Shown piece by piece: positions 10,008 to 19,892 of a DNA stretch of 64,000 nt (positions are counted from its first letter, which is position 1; each line of letters starts with the position of its first letter). A program made the translations under genes and the position numbers. The stretch covers positions 1,408,001-1,472,000 of the forward strand of contig CAWEZH010000002.1 of assembly GCA_963813535.1 (NCBI GenBank). The letters are read 5' to 3'. The notes under the pieces were generated by a model, which was not told where the DNA came from, searched no databases, and saw only the letters and a list, made by a program, of their open reading frames with translations. Origin of the DNA: an uncultured Chloroflexia bacterium. GTDB lineage: Bacteria; Chloroflexota; Limnocylindria; Limnocylindrales; CSP1-4.

Positions 10008-11345
10008 CTAGCCGGTCACCACCTGGTCGGCGATATCGAGCGCCGCGTCGATGGTCTCGAAGCCCTCAGCGAGCTCGTCCTCCGTGATGCACAGGGGCGG
10101 GTTCGTGTGGATCGAGTTGTTGGCGATCAACGTGTACAGCCCGTGCTCGCGGAGGTACTTGCCGATGGCCTTCATCTCGTCGGACGTGCCGTTGAACGGG
10201 GTCATCGGTGTCCACGGGTCCCGGCTGCGGACGAGGTCGAGGATGCCGAAGAGGCCGAGGTTCCGGGTCGCCCCGACCGACGGGTGCTTCGCTGCGAGCC
10301 GGTCGTGGTGCTCACGCATGCGCGTCCCCATCCGCGCGGCGTTCTCGATGAGCCCGTCCTCCTCGTAGACGCCGATCGTCGCCAGCGCGGCGGCGAGCGA
10401 GACGGGATGTGACGAATAGGTCAGGCCGCCGTAGAACATCTTGTCCTCGAACGCCTCGGCGATGCCGCGGCGCATGGCGACCGCGCCCAGCGGCAGGTAC
10501 GACGACGTCAGGCCCTTGGCCATCGTCATCAGGTCGGGCACGACATCCCAATGGTCGACCGCGAACCAGCGGCCGGTCCGGCCGAACCCGGCCATCACCT
10601 CATCGGCCACCATCAGGATCCCATGGCGATCGCAGATCTCGCGGACGCCCTGGAGGTAGCCGTCAGGCGGGATCAGGATCCCGTTCGTGCCGACGATGGT
10701 CTCGAGGAAGACGGCGGCGATGGTCTGCGGGCCTTCGTAGCGGATGACGTCCTCGAGACCCTGCAGGCTCTCCTCGACCGGCCGCGGCTCCTTCTCGCCC
10801 CAGCGATGCGTGTCCGGGTAGCGAACGACGCCGACCAGGCCAGGCTCGTTGGCCCAGCGGCGCGGATCGCCGGTCAACGTCATCGCGCCAAGAGTGGCGC
10901 CGTGGTAGGCCCGGTAGCGTGCCAGCACCTTGTACCGCCCGCTGAAATGGCGCGCCAGCTTGATCGCATTCTCGATGGCCTCGGCGCCACCCAACGTGAA
11001 GAAGACCTTGTCGATGTCGCCGGGCAGGATCTCCGCCAGCTTCTTGCCGAGCCTGCCCCGGATCTCCGTCGCGAACGCGGGCTGGACGTACTGCAGCTTG
11101 GTCGCCTGCTCGGTGATCGCGTCGATCACCCGCCGGTCGCCGTGACCGATGTTCACGGACATCAGCTGGCTGTTGAAATCGAGGATCCGCGTGCCGTCAG
11201 GCGTGTACAGCCAGACGCCCTCGGCGTGATCGATGACGATCGGGTCGACCGCCCCCTGGACCGACCACGAGAAGAAGGTGTGCGCGCGGTTGAGAGCGAC
11301 GATCTCTTCGGTCGTCATCGCCCCGGATGCGGTGCTGATGCCCAT
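10008..11345 (-). CDS. Class III PLP aminotransferase (beta-alanine/taurine:pyruvate type)
   Basis: GGAEAIENAIKLAR, YHGAT, ADEVMAGFGRTG, PDLMTMAKGLT (PLP Lys), GLTYSSHP. GGAGGAG RBS. Confidence 0.92.
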   Translation of the reverse strand: MGISTASGAMTTEEIVALNRAHTFFSWSVQGAVDPIVIDHAEGVWLYTPDGTRILDFNSQLMSVNIGHGDRRVIDAITEQATKLQYVQPAFATEIRGRLGKKLAEILPGDIDKVFFTLGGAEAIENAIKLARHFSGRYKVLARYRAYHGATLGAMTLTGDPRRWANEPGLVGVVRYPDTHRWGEKEPRPVEESLQGLEDVIRYEGPQTIAAVFLETIVGTNGILIPPDGYLQGVREICDRHGILMVADEVMAGFGRTGRWFAVDHWDVVPDLMTMAKGLTSSYLPLGAVAMRRGIAEAFEDKMFYGGLTYSSHPVSLAAALATIGVYEEDGLIENAARMGTRMREHHDRLAAKHPSVGATRNLGLFGILDLVRSRDPWTPMTPFNGTSDEMKAIGKYLREHGLYTLIANNSIHTNPPLCITEDELAEGFETIDAALDIADQVVTG

Positions 11346-11418
11346 GGCTCCTCCTCCGGCGCCCGCGGGCGCGAGACCGGATTACAGCACATCTGCCGGG
11401 GGCCGACGGGTGGATGCG

Positions 11419-12372
11419 TCAGACGGGCTGTCGGCTGGGGGCACGAGGATCGTCAGCGCGGCCGGGATCGACACGCGCCGCGAGCCAGCCCGGCGGGTGC
11501 GTGTCGCCGTCGGACTCGACGGGTTGCGGCGGCTCCGTCTCGATGCGCACCTCGCGGACGGTCCGGCGGATGGCCGTCCCGTCGAGCCGCCCCTTGCGCA
11601 CCAGCAACTCGACCGTACTGCGCAAGCCTCTCGCCAGACCCCGACCACCCACCACCACCAGGTCGAGCCGACCGTCGCTCGGATCGATCGGCTCACGCGG
11701 GCCGAGGCGGCCAGGGATGAGCTCTCCGAGGTTGGCGACGAGCGCCAGGTGACCTTCAAGCTGGAGTCGTTCGCCGTCGGCGACGATGTCGAAGGCGGTC
11801 GGTCTGAGCCGCGTGAGCTCGCGAAGCGCCGCACCGACATAGGCAGCGAACCGCAGACGGTGCTTCAAGTCCTCGTGGGCTGTCGCCATGATCCGCGCGT
11901 CCAGCCCGACGCCCGCTGCCACGACGAACGTCCTCCGTCCGTCGGGTTCGTCCACGCCGTAGCGGCCCCACTCGGCAAGGCCGAGGTCGATGGTACGCGG
12001 AACCCCGTCACGGATGACAGCCACGGCCGAGCGGACACCGTGGACCCCGATGCTTGCGGCGAGGACGTTGCCGGTCCCGGCCGGCACGATCGCGAGCGGC
12101 GTGGACCGACCCGCAAGGATCTCGGCCGCGTGGCGGACGGTCCCGTCCCCGCCGATCGCCGTGATCAGCGGGGACTCCACATGGCGCCGCAGCGCCGCCG
12201 ACGCGGCCTCCTCGGTGTCGTCGACCACGACCGGCTCCCGAGCCGTACGGTCCCGGATGGCACGCGCGATGACCTTGACGGTGGCCGTCCGCCGGTCGGG
12301 ATCGCGAAGCCGCGCTGCACGCGGGTTGACGACGAGGAGCGGAGCCGAGGGATCGCCCGCGATCGATGCCAT
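11419..12372 (-). CDS. Diacylglycerol kinase family (YegS/BmrU-like) lipid kinase
   Basis: VVNP, IGGDGTV, PAGTGNVLA, AGVGLDA, DGRLD, ESDGD. Confidence 0.88.
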   Translation of the reverse strand: MASIAGDPSAPLLVVNPRAARLRDPDRRTATVKVIARAIRDRTAREPVVVDDTEEAASAALRRHVESPLITAIGGDGTVRHAAEILAGRSTPLAIVPAGTGNVLAASIGVHGVRSAVAVIRDGVPRTIDLGLAEWGRYGVDEPDGRRTFVVAAGVGLDARIMATAHEDLKHRLRFAAYVGAALRELTRLRPTAFDIVADGERLQLEGHLALVANLGELIPGRLGPREPIDPSDGRLDLVVVGGRGLARGLRSTVELLVRKGRLDGTAIRRTVREVRIETEPPQPVESDGDTHPPGWLAARVDPGRADDPRAPSRQPV

Positions 12373-12424
12373 GCAGCGCCGAATGCTACCGTGTCCAGGA
12401 CGAGGGGCAGCCCGGAGGAGACCA

Positions 12425-12829
12425 ATGGATCGCGCCGGATTCCGTGCCTGGCTCCAGCGTTATGTCGACGCGTGGCGGCTCAACGACCCGGTCGCCGTCG
12501 GCGACCTGTTCAGCCCCGAGGTGCGGTACGCCTTCGACCCGTTCAGCGAGGCGGTCGTCGGACGGAATGCGCTCATCGAGTCGTGGCTGGACGACCCCGA
12601 CGATCCCGCGTCGTGGGAGGCCGACTACGAGGTCCTCGCGGTCGATGGTGACGTCTTCGTGGCGCACGGCCGGACCCGCTACCTGACGGACGACCGCTCC
12701 GCGATCGACCGCGAGTTCGCGAACGTGTTCGTCTGCCGCTTCGACGAGGACGGTCGCTGCCGGGAGTTCACCGAGTACTACATGCGCCGTCGTCCGGAGA
12801 CGTCCGTCGAAGAGTCGGTCGTCGACTAG
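12425..12829 (+). CDS. SnoaL-like / NTF2-family protein
   Basis: WLQRYVDAWRLND...DLFS...PF...GRNALIESW, FANVFVCRFDEDGRCREFTEY. GGAGGAG RBS before ATG 12425. Confidence 0.85.
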   Translation: MDRAGFRAWLQRYVDAWRLNDPVAVGDLFSPEVRYAFDPFSEAVVGRNALIESWLDDPDDPASWEADYEVLAVDGDVFVAHGRTRYLTDDRSAIDREFANVFVCRFDEDGRCREFTEYYMRRRPETSVEESVVD

Positions 12830-13770
12830 GACCCACTCGGAACGACGACTCGCAATGCCCGCGGGCGCGTGCGATACGAGACGGGCGTGTGTCCGAGATC
12901 GATGCCGTCGCCGCGCGCCGGGAGCGGATGCACGCTGGTGATCCGGACTTCGGCTGACCGGTAGGTCCTGGCTTGCGGCGCATACCGCCGCCGGCCGAAC
13001 GAGATCGACGCCAGGTGGCGCAGGAGCTCCCACTTCGAGTACGTCGAGAAGATCGTCACGTCGAACCGGCCGTCGTCGAGCCGGGCCGCGGGGGCAACGG
13101 TCATGCCGAGCCCGAGGTATGGTCCGATGGAGGCCGCGACCATCAACCCACGCGTCGACACCGTCTGACCGTCGAGCTCGATCGTCATCCGTGCCGGTCG
13201 ATAGCGGAACGCGACGGCGATCGTCCGCGGTATCGACACCGCATCCCCCTCATCGGCCCGCGTGACCTCGCGAAAGATCGCGGCGTTGAGCCCGACGGAG
13301 CCGGCCTCGAGGAACGGGACGACGCGCCCGTCGGCGGCGATCGCCTCACCGGTGTCCACCTCCCGGATGACGCCCGATGCCAGGACCTCGGCCGCCTGAT
13401 CGATGTCACGCCCGATACCGAGCGCACGGGCGATGTTCATGACCCGGCCCAGCGGCAGGATCCCGAGTGCCGTCCCTGTCCCGAGCAGGCCCTCGGCAAC
13501 CAGGTGTACCGTGCCATCGCCGCCGGCTGCGACCACGATGTCGACACCCTCGGCGACGGCGTGGCGCACGATCGCGCGGGCTTCCACCGCGTCGGACGGT
13601 TCCTCGACCTCGGCCACGACGCCGTGACGTTCGAGGACCTCGTGCAGCTCGTCGGCCGAGCCGCCCGCCTGGAGCGCGGTCGGCAAGCCGGCCGACGGGT
13701 TCCAGATGACGAGGATCCGCGGCGCTTCGGTCGGGGTCGTCGCCGTCGGGATCGCCTCGGGCTCCGTCAT
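12826..13770 (-). CDS. Diacylglycerol kinase family (YegS/BmrU-like) lipid kinase
   Basis: IWNPSAG, AAGGDGTV, LPLGRVMNIARALGI, LDDGRFDV, RGDG. ATG overlaps the PAP2 stop. Confidence 0.88.
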   Translation of the reverse strand: MTEPEAIPTATTPTEAPRILVIWNPSAGLPTALQAGGSADELHEVLERHGVVAEVEEPSDAVEARAIVRHAVAEGVDIVVAAGGDGTVHLVAEGLLGTGTALGILPLGRVMNIARALGIGRDIDQAAEVLASGVIREVDTGEAIAADGRVVPFLEAGSVGLNAAIFREVTRADEGDAVSIPRTIAVAFRYRPARMTIELDGQTVSTRGLMVAASIGPYLGLGMTVAPAARLDDGRFDVTIFSTYSKWELLRHLASISFGRRRYAPQARTYRSAEVRITSVHPLPARGDGIDLGHTPVSYRTRPRALRVVVPSGS

Positions 13771-14468
13771 GCGCGCTCGCGCGTGGTGCGCGCCTTCAGG
13801 CCTCGGTACAGGCGAGACAGACCCAGCAGATAGCTGATGCCCAGCAGGTACGACGCGCTCACGTCCGTGAGCCAGTGGTGGCCCTGGTGGACGCGGCTCG
13901 GTCCGACGAGCGCAACCAGCGAGAGGAGCGCACCGACGACCAACCGCCTGAGCCACGCGGGTCGCAGGAGGGTGTACGCGAGGTAGGCGAGGAACCCGTA
14001 TACGCCGACATACGTGATGGTGTGACCGCTCGGAAAACTCGATCCGCCGAGCGGCGCGGCGATCACCCGGACATCGACGCCGGCGACCGGCCGAGGCCGT
14101 TTCATCAGCGCCTTGACCAGCGACGCAAGGAGCGCCGTCCCCCATGCACCGACCATCGCGATCGCCTCGAGGCGCAGCCGTAGGGCCAGCAGCATCGCCA
14201 CGATCACGGCCGGGATGATCCGGCTCTGGGGCGGGAATCCGGGCCATGAGACCGCTTGCATCAGCCGGGCGAGTGACGGGTGGGAAAAGCGCTGCAGCTT
14301 CATCGTCACGGCGAGGTCGATCGCGTCGCTCCGCCGGGCGCGGACGAGCCCGAAGATCGCAAGAAACCCGACGAGGCCCAGTCGCTCGAGCAGGGCTGCC
14401 GTCCGGCCGCGGCGGACCGCTATTCGTGGTGGGGCGACCTCGACGGGCGAGTGGGTCAGCTGGGTCAC
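13767..14468 (-). CDS. PAP2-family membrane phosphatase
   Basis: C1 motif KALMKRPRP, C2 SFPSGH, C3 SRVHQGHHWLTDV, with TM helices. Probable GTG start at 14468. Confidence 0.9.
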   Translation of the reverse strand: MTQLTHSPVEVAPPRIAVRRGRTAALLERLGLVGFLAIFGLVRARRSDAIDLAVTMKLQRFSHPSLARLMQAVSWPGFPPQSRIIPAVIVAMLLALRLRLEAIAMVGAWGTALLASLVKALMKRPRPVAGVDVRVIAAPLGGSSFPSGHTITYVGVYGFLAYLAYTLLRPAWLRRLVVGALLSLVALVGPSRVHQGHHWLTDVSASYLLGISYLLGLSRLYRGLKARTTRERA

Positions 14469-14729
14469 CCCCCGAGCATGGGATGGCCGAAGGGAGGCGG
14501 GCCCGTCGCGAGACGAAGGCTGCCTGCCAGCTCCATTACAAGCGGACGACATGCCACGGCCGTGCCGTCCTTGGCGCCGGTGGTGTCGCCGGCCGCCGCT
14601 CCACGGCAACGCGAGGGCACGGCGACGGCCGGGCGACGTGCATGTGTCTCCGGCGTTCACCACGCCGCGGGTGGCGGTGTACCCTCCCCTCTCCAACTGC
14701 CACGACGCGACCGAAGAGGGAAGCCGACC

Positions 14730-15581
14730 ATGCCGCGAATCGTCCGTGGGGCGCTCGTCCAGGCCAGCTGGACCGGCGACAAGGAATCGATGATCCAGAA
14801 GCACGAGGAGCGGGCGGTCGAAGCGTCCAGGCAGGGCGCCCAGGTGATCCTGTTCCAGGAGCTCTTCTACGGCCCGTACTTCTGCCAGGTCCAGGACGCC
14901 CAGTACTACAGCTACACCGAGCTGATCCCCGACGGTCCCACGACCAAGCGGATGCAGGACCTTGCCAAGGCGACCGGCATGGTCGTCGTGGCCCCGATGT
15001 ACGAAGAGGACGCGCAGGCGTCCGGCATCTACTACAACACCGCGGCGGTCATCGACGCTGACGGCACCTACCTCGGCAAGTACCGCAAGACCCACATCCC
15101 GCACGTCAAGGGGTTCTGGGAGAAGTTCTACTTCCGCCCGGGGAACCTCGGCTACCCGGTCTTCGAGACGGCCGTCGGCAGGGTCGGCGTGTACATCTGC
15201 TACGACCGGCATTTCCCGGAGGGCGCGCGAGCGCTCGGGCTCAACGGTGCCGAGATGGTGTTCATCCCGTCGGCCACGTCGCGCGGCCTGTCGGAGTACC
15301 TGTGGCGGATCGAGCAGCCCAGCCACGCCGTCGCGAACGGCTACTACGTGGGCACCATCAATCGGGTCGGGATCGAGAAGGAATTCGGTGACGACGACTT
15401 CTATGGCCAGAGCTACTTCGTCGATCCGCGCGGCCAGTTCGTCGGCGACGTGGGCGATGCGCACGACGAGGAGCTGATCGTCCGCGACCTCGATCTGGAC
15501 AAGATCGCCGAGGTCCGCAACACATGGCAGTTCTACCGCGACCGGCGGCCGGACGCATACGACGACTTGACACGCCCGTAG
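14730..15581 (+). CDS. Nitrilase-superfamily amidohydrolase, beta-ureidopropionase-like
   Basis: Catalytic triad FQELF (Glu), YRKTHIP (Lys), ICYDRHFPE (Cys); WEKFYFRPGNLGYPVF; WQFYRDRRP. Context with hydA supports the call. Confidence 0.88.
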   Translation: MPRIVRGALVQASWTGDKESMIQKHEERAVEASRQGAQVILFQELFYGPYFCQVQDAQYYSYTELIPDGPTTKRMQDLAKATGMVVVAPMYEEDAQASGIYYNTAAVIDADGTYLGKYRKTHIPHVKGFWEKFYFRPGNLGYPVFETAVGRVGVYICYDRHFPEGARALGLNGAEMVFIPSATSRGLSEYLWRIEQPSHAVANGYYVGTINRVGIEKEFGDDDFYGQSYFVDPRGQFVGDVGDAHDEELIVRDLDLDKIAEVRNTWQFYRDRRPDAYDDLTRP

Positions 15582-15708
15582 GCGCTATCATCCCCGCCGG
15601 CTCGGCTGTCAGGAGGAGGACAGCCGAGCCCTCACTGCAATGGCTCGCGGAGCGTCGCCTTGCTGTTCGGGGAGCGAGCGACGGATCGCCGTTGAGGTTG
15701 CCATTACC

Positions 15709-16698
15709 ATGCGATTCGGGTTCACCCTCAAGCCTGAGCACACCATCGAGCGCACCCTGGCGCTGACGCGCCAGGCGGAGGCGGCCGGCTTCGAGTACGG
15801 CTGGCTGTTCGACAGCCACGTCCTGTGGCGGGATCCCTATCCCCTGTTGACGCTCATGGCCGGCGCGACGGAGCGGCTGCGTCTCGGGACCTGCGTGACC
15901 AACCCCGGCACGCGCGAACCCTCCGTGACGGCCTCGGCGTTGGCGACACTGGACGAGATCAGCGACGGCCGGATGGACCTTGGCATCGGCCGGGGTGACT
16001 CGGCCCGCCGGGTGCTGGGCAAGCCACCGATCACGCTCGCCCACACCGAAGAGGCGATCAACGTCATCCGGACGCTGGTCGCCGGGAAGTCGATCGACTA
16101 CGAGGGCACGGAGCTGACGTTCCCGTGGACCCGCGGCTGGACCCTGCCGGTCTGGGTCGCTGGCTATGGACCCATGGCCATCGCCATGACCGGGCGCGTG
16201 GCGGACGGGCTCATCCTGCAGCTGGCGGACCCCGACCTCATCCGCTGGTTCGTGGGTCAGCTGCACGAGGCCGCAACGGCAGCCGGTCGTGACCCGGCAT
16301 CGCTCCAGGTGCAGGCGGCGGCGCCCGCCCACATCGGCCCCCGCGAGCTCGGCCGCGAGCGAACGCGCTGGTTCCCGGCACTCGTCTCGAACCACGTGGT
16401 CGACCTCGTGAACAAGTACCCCCGTGAGCAGTTGCCCGAGGCACTCACCGGCTACATCACCGATCGCACCGGCTACGACTATCACCACCATGCCGAGGTC
16501 GGGTCGTCGAATGCGGCGTTCGTCGGCGACGAGGTCGCCGATCGGTTCTGCGTCCTCGGCGAGGTCGGCGAGCACATCGACAAGCTGCACGAGCTGGCGG
16601 ACGCCGGTGTCGACCAGTTCAACCTCTACCTGATGAACGGCGATGAGGAACAGCAACTCGAGGCGTACGGCACGGACGTCATCCCAGCCTTCCGCTGA
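15709..16698 (+). CDS. LLM-superfamily, Mer-like putative F420-dependent oxidoreductase (resembles the TIGR03842 family)
   Basis: GWLFDSHVLW, LGTCVTNPGTR, GRMDLGIGRGDSA, VAGYGP..G.VADGLILQ, VDQFNLYLM. Confidence 0.85.
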   Translation: MRFGFTLKPEHTIERTLALTRQAEAAGFEYGWLFDSHVLWRDPYPLLTLMAGATERLRLGTCVTNPGTREPSVTASALATLDEISDGRMDLGIGRGDSARRVLGKPPITLAHTEEAINVIRTLVAGKSIDYEGTELTFPWTRGWTLPVWVAGYGPMAIAMTGRVADGLILQLADPDLIRWFVGQLHEAATAAGRDPASLQVQAAAPAHIGPRELGRERTRWFPALVSNHVVDLVNKYPREQLPEALTGYITDRTGYDYHHHAEVGSSNAAFVGDEVADRFCVLGEVGEHIDKLHELADAGVDQFNLYLMNGDEEQQLEAYGTDVIPAFR

Positions 16699-16840
16699 CC
16701 GTCGGCCGGCGCGAGGCCCTCCCCGACGAGGCAGGTACTGGCCAGGATGTCCGGCTGGTCAGCGGTACCTGATCTCGGCGACGATGGACCTCGCGCCGCA
16801 CGGTCCCCCCGCCGTGCCGCGACTCGCACCGGAGGAGCGG

Positions 16841-17026
16841 ATGGCCGCCAAATTCAATCGCGGGCCGGATCCGTTCTGGGACGATGGCCGCGGTGCCCGC
16901 CGCCGCAACATGGTCCAGCGCACGGAAGCGTCGCTGGCCCTCATCCTCGCGATCGCCGCATGCGGCCTCACCGCCGCGATGTGGCTGCGCCAGGTGATCC
17001 TGCCGCTGTTCGGCGTCAGCATCTGA
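16841..17026 (+). CDS. Small single-TM hypothetical protein (61 aa)
   Basis: GGAGGAG RBS before ATG 16841; basic N-terminus followed by a hydrophobic helix (LALILAIAACGLTAAMWL). Confidence 0.55.
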   Translation: MAAKFNRGPDPFWDDGRGARRRNMVQRTEASLALILAIAACGLTAAMWLRQVILPLFGVSI

Positions 17027-17125
17027 CCCTCCGGCCCCGCCGTCCCACTCCGCGGCGAGCGGCCCATCGCCTACCATCTCCCTCCTGACCGCCACGCCGT
17101 CGTCGTCCGAGGAGGGACCGCTTCG

Positions 17126-18524
17126 ATGCGCACGCTGATCGCGAACGGCACCATCGTCACCGCGGAGGGGTCGCAAGCCGCCGATGTCCTGATCGACGGC
17201 GAGACGATCGCCGCGATCGGTGCCGGTCTCGAGGCCGCCGGCATGACGGCCGACGAGACGATCGATGCCTCGGGCAAGTACGTCATCCCAGGCGCCATCG
17301 ACGTGCATACCCATATGGAGCTGCCGTTCGGCGGGACCTTCGCCAAGGACACATTCGAGACGGGGACCCGGGCGGCAGCCTTCGGCGGGACGACGACGAT
17401 CGTCGACTTCGCCGTGCAGTCGCGTGGCAAGTCGCTGCGCGAAGGGCTCGACGCATGGCACGCCAAGGCCGAGGGCAACGCCGTCGCCGACTATGGCTTC
17501 CACATGATCATGAGCGACGTCAACGACGACACGCTCAAGGAGATGGACGGGCTGGTCGCCGAGGGCGTTCCCGACTTCAAGCTGTTCACCGCATACCCGG
17601 GCGTCTTCTACAGCGACGACGGGGCGATCTTCCGGGCCATGCAGCAGACCGCGAAGAATGGCGGGCTGATCATGATGCACGCCGAGAACGGGATGGCCAT
17701 CGACGTGGTCGCGGAACAGACCGTCGAGGCCGGTACGACCGACCCGATCGGCCACGGCCTCGCTCGCAAGGCCGTCTTCGAGGGTGAGGCCACCAACCGC
17801 GTCATCCGCCTGGCCGAGGCGGCCGGCGTGCCGGTGTACATCGTCCACCTGTCGGCGAGCGAGGCATTGGCCGAGATCCGGGCGGCACGCGACCGCGGCT
17901 CGAAGGCCTTCGCCGAGACGTGCCCGCAGTACCTCTTCCTGTCGCTCGATGACCTCGGCAACGGGTTCGAGGGCGCCAAGTTCGTCTGCTCGCCACCGCT
18001 CCGGCCCAAGAGCCACTGGGACGACCTGTGGACCGGTCTCGTCAAGGACGACCTCCAGATCGTCTCGACCGACCACTGCCCGTTCGACTTCCACGGCCAG
18101 AAGGAGCTCGGTCGTGGCGACTTCCGCAAGGTCCCGAACGGGCTGCCGGGCGTCGAGGACCGGGTCGACCTGATGCACGACGGCGGGGTCGTGGGTGGCC
18201 GGATCACGAAGGAGCGCTGGGTCGAGATCGTGTCGACCGCGCCGGCCAAGATGTTCGGGATGTACCCGCAGAAAGGGGTCGGTCAGCGTCGGCGCCGATG
18301 CCGACCTCGTGGTCTACGACCCCACCAGGAAGCGGACGATCTCGGCGAAGACCCATCACATGGACGTCGACTACTCGTGTTACGAGGGTCGCGAGGTCCA
18401 GGGTGCGAGCGAGGTCGTCCTCTCACGTGGCTCGGTCATCGTGCGCGATGGCGAGTTCACCGGTCGCAAGGGCCAGGGCAGGTTCATCAAGCGCGGGGCC
18501 GCGGATCACGCGCGGATCTCCTGA
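17126..18524 (+). CDS. hydA: Dihydropyrimidinase / D-hydantoinase, with an apparent +1 frameshift at ~18272-18278
   Basis: PGAIDVHTH, AAFGGTTTIVDF, FKLF, MHAENG, VHLS, ETCPQYL, STDHCPF, PNGLPGVE. The C-terminus (KGSVSVGADADLVVYDP...YSCYEG) continues in the +1 frame after AAAGGGG. Confidence 0.93.
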
Positions 18525-18536
18525 AGGAGCACGCCG

Positions 18537-19010
18537 ATGGCGATCGCAGACACGAGATTCGGTCACGTCAACGTCACGTCGCACGATTGGCGGCGGCTGG
18601 CCGCGTTCTACACCGACGTGTTCGGTTGCACCCTGGTGCCGCCAGAGCGCGACATCCGCAGCGCTGACCTGGATGCCGCCACCGGTCTCACCGACGCCCA
18701 CCTGACCGGTGCCCACCTGCGGTTGCCCGGTCACGGCGACAACGGCCCGACGTTGGAGATCTTCTCGTACGACCAGCTCGACCGGCACCCGGGTGGCCGG
18801 GTCGACCGCCCGGGCTGGGGCCATGTCGCGTTCCAGGTCCCCGACGTCCCGGCGGCCGTCGATGCGGTCACGGCGGCCGGCGGCGGTCGCATCGGCGACG
18901 TGATCACGACGCAGACCGCCGACGGCCGGCGCGTGACGTGGGTCTATGCGACCGATCCCGACGGCAATCTCGTCGAACTGCAGGCCTGGTCGGCCGCGAG
19001 CGACCGATAG
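18537..19010 (+). CDS. VOC (glyoxalase/bleomycin resistance) family protein
   Basis: GHVNV..FYTDVFG, LEIFSY, GHVAFQV.DV, DPDGNLVELQ. AAGGAG RBS. Confidence 0.88.
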   Translation: MAIADTRFGHVNVTSHDWRRLAAFYTDVFGCTLVPPERDIRSADLDAATGLTDAHLTGAHLRLPGHGDNGPTLEIFSYDQLDRHPGGRVDRPGWGHVAFQVPDVPAAVDAVTAAGGGRIGDVITTQTADGRRVTWVYATDPDGNLVELQAWSAASDR

Positions 19011-19015
19011 CGCGG

Positions 19016-19453
19016 ATGGTCGCCGCGCGCCGGCATGCCCGTGTTCCGGCCGAGCTCGAACGACTGGCCGAGCTTCGCGCGATCGTCCGGGACGTGGCCA
19101 AAGGGTGCGAAGCGCCGGCCGACTGCATCGACGACCTCGTCCAGGCCGTCGACGAGGCCGCCACGAACACCATCCGCTACGGCTATCGCGGCGAACCCGG
19201 CTGGATCGACCTGACCGCCGAGCTTGTCGCGGACGACATCGTCATCACCCTGGAGGACGAGGCACCCGAGTTCGACCCGACCGGCGCTCCGTCCCCGGAC
19301 ATGACCGTGCCGGCCGACCGGCGTCCGCCGGGCGGCATGGGAATCCACCTGATGCGCCTCGCGACCGACTCGATCGAGCATCGGGCGCGACCGGGCGGTG
19401 GCAACATACTCAGGCTGACGCGGTCGAGGGCCCGCGGCCCGAAGGAGGAGTGA
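19016..19453 (+). CDS. Anti-sigma factor / Ser kinase, RsbW-like HATPase_c
   Basis: AVDEAATNTIRYGY (N box), LEDEAPEFDP, GGMGIHLM, GN. Confidence 0.85.
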   Translation: MVAARRHARVPAELERLAELRAIVRDVAKGCEAPADCIDDLVQAVDEAATNTIRYGYRGEPGWIDLTAELVADDIVITLEDEAPEFDPTGAPSPDMTVPADRRPPGGMGIHLMRLATDSIEHRARPGGGNILRLTRSRARGPKEE

Positions 19454-19455
19454 CG

Positions 19456-19875
19456 ATGGCCATGCAGACCACGGTCGAGCGAGTCGATGGGCGCGTCCCC
19501 GTCACCGTCATGGCGCTGTCCGGTGAGCTCGACGCGTCGAACTATCTCCGCCTCGTCGATGACGTCCGCCCGCTGTACGCCGCCGGCACCCGGCACCTGC
19601 TGCTCGACCTCCGCGACCTCACGTTCATCGCGAGCTCCGGATTGGTCGCCCTGTACTCGATCCTCATGGTCATGCAGGGCAAAGAGCCACCCGACCCGGA
19701 GTACGGCTGGAGTGCCCTTCACGAGATGGAACGCGGCGTGGAGGAGGGTGCGACCCAGGATGTCGTCAGGCTGAGCGGCGTCCAGCCGGCCGTCGGCGAG
19801 GTCCTCCAGCGAACCGGCATCGATGCCCTGTTCCCCAGCCATCCCGACAGGGAGTCCGCGCTCGCGGCGTTCTAG
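19456..19875 (+). CDS. STAS-domain anti-anti-sigma factor (RsbV/SpoIIAA-like)
   Basis: LSGELDASN, LLLDLRDLTFIASSGLVAL, VLQRTGID. AAGGAGGAG RBS. Confidence 0.88.
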   Translation: MAMQTTVERVDGRVPVTVMALSGELDASNYLRLVDDVRPLYAAGTRHLLLDLRDLTFIASSGLVALYSILMVMQGKEPPDPEYGWSALHEMERGVEEGATQDVVRLSGVQPAVGEVLQRTGIDALFPSHPDRESALAAF

Positions 19876-19892
19876 TTCCTCGTGACCGTGCC

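Noticed and set aside
12826-15464. Long N-terminal extensions in the ORF track (e.g. 565-aa PAP2, 473-aa DAGK, 537-aa GNAT, 424-aa Lgt-like)
   Set aside because: The extensions overlap real genes or promoters and lack homology; shorter starts have an RBS, a -10 hexamer or stop/start coupling
18272-18278. Programmed ribosomal frameshift in hydA
   Set aside because: A +1 shift is needed, the in-frame sequence does not fit X XXY YYZ, and similar insertions elsewhere suggest sequence error
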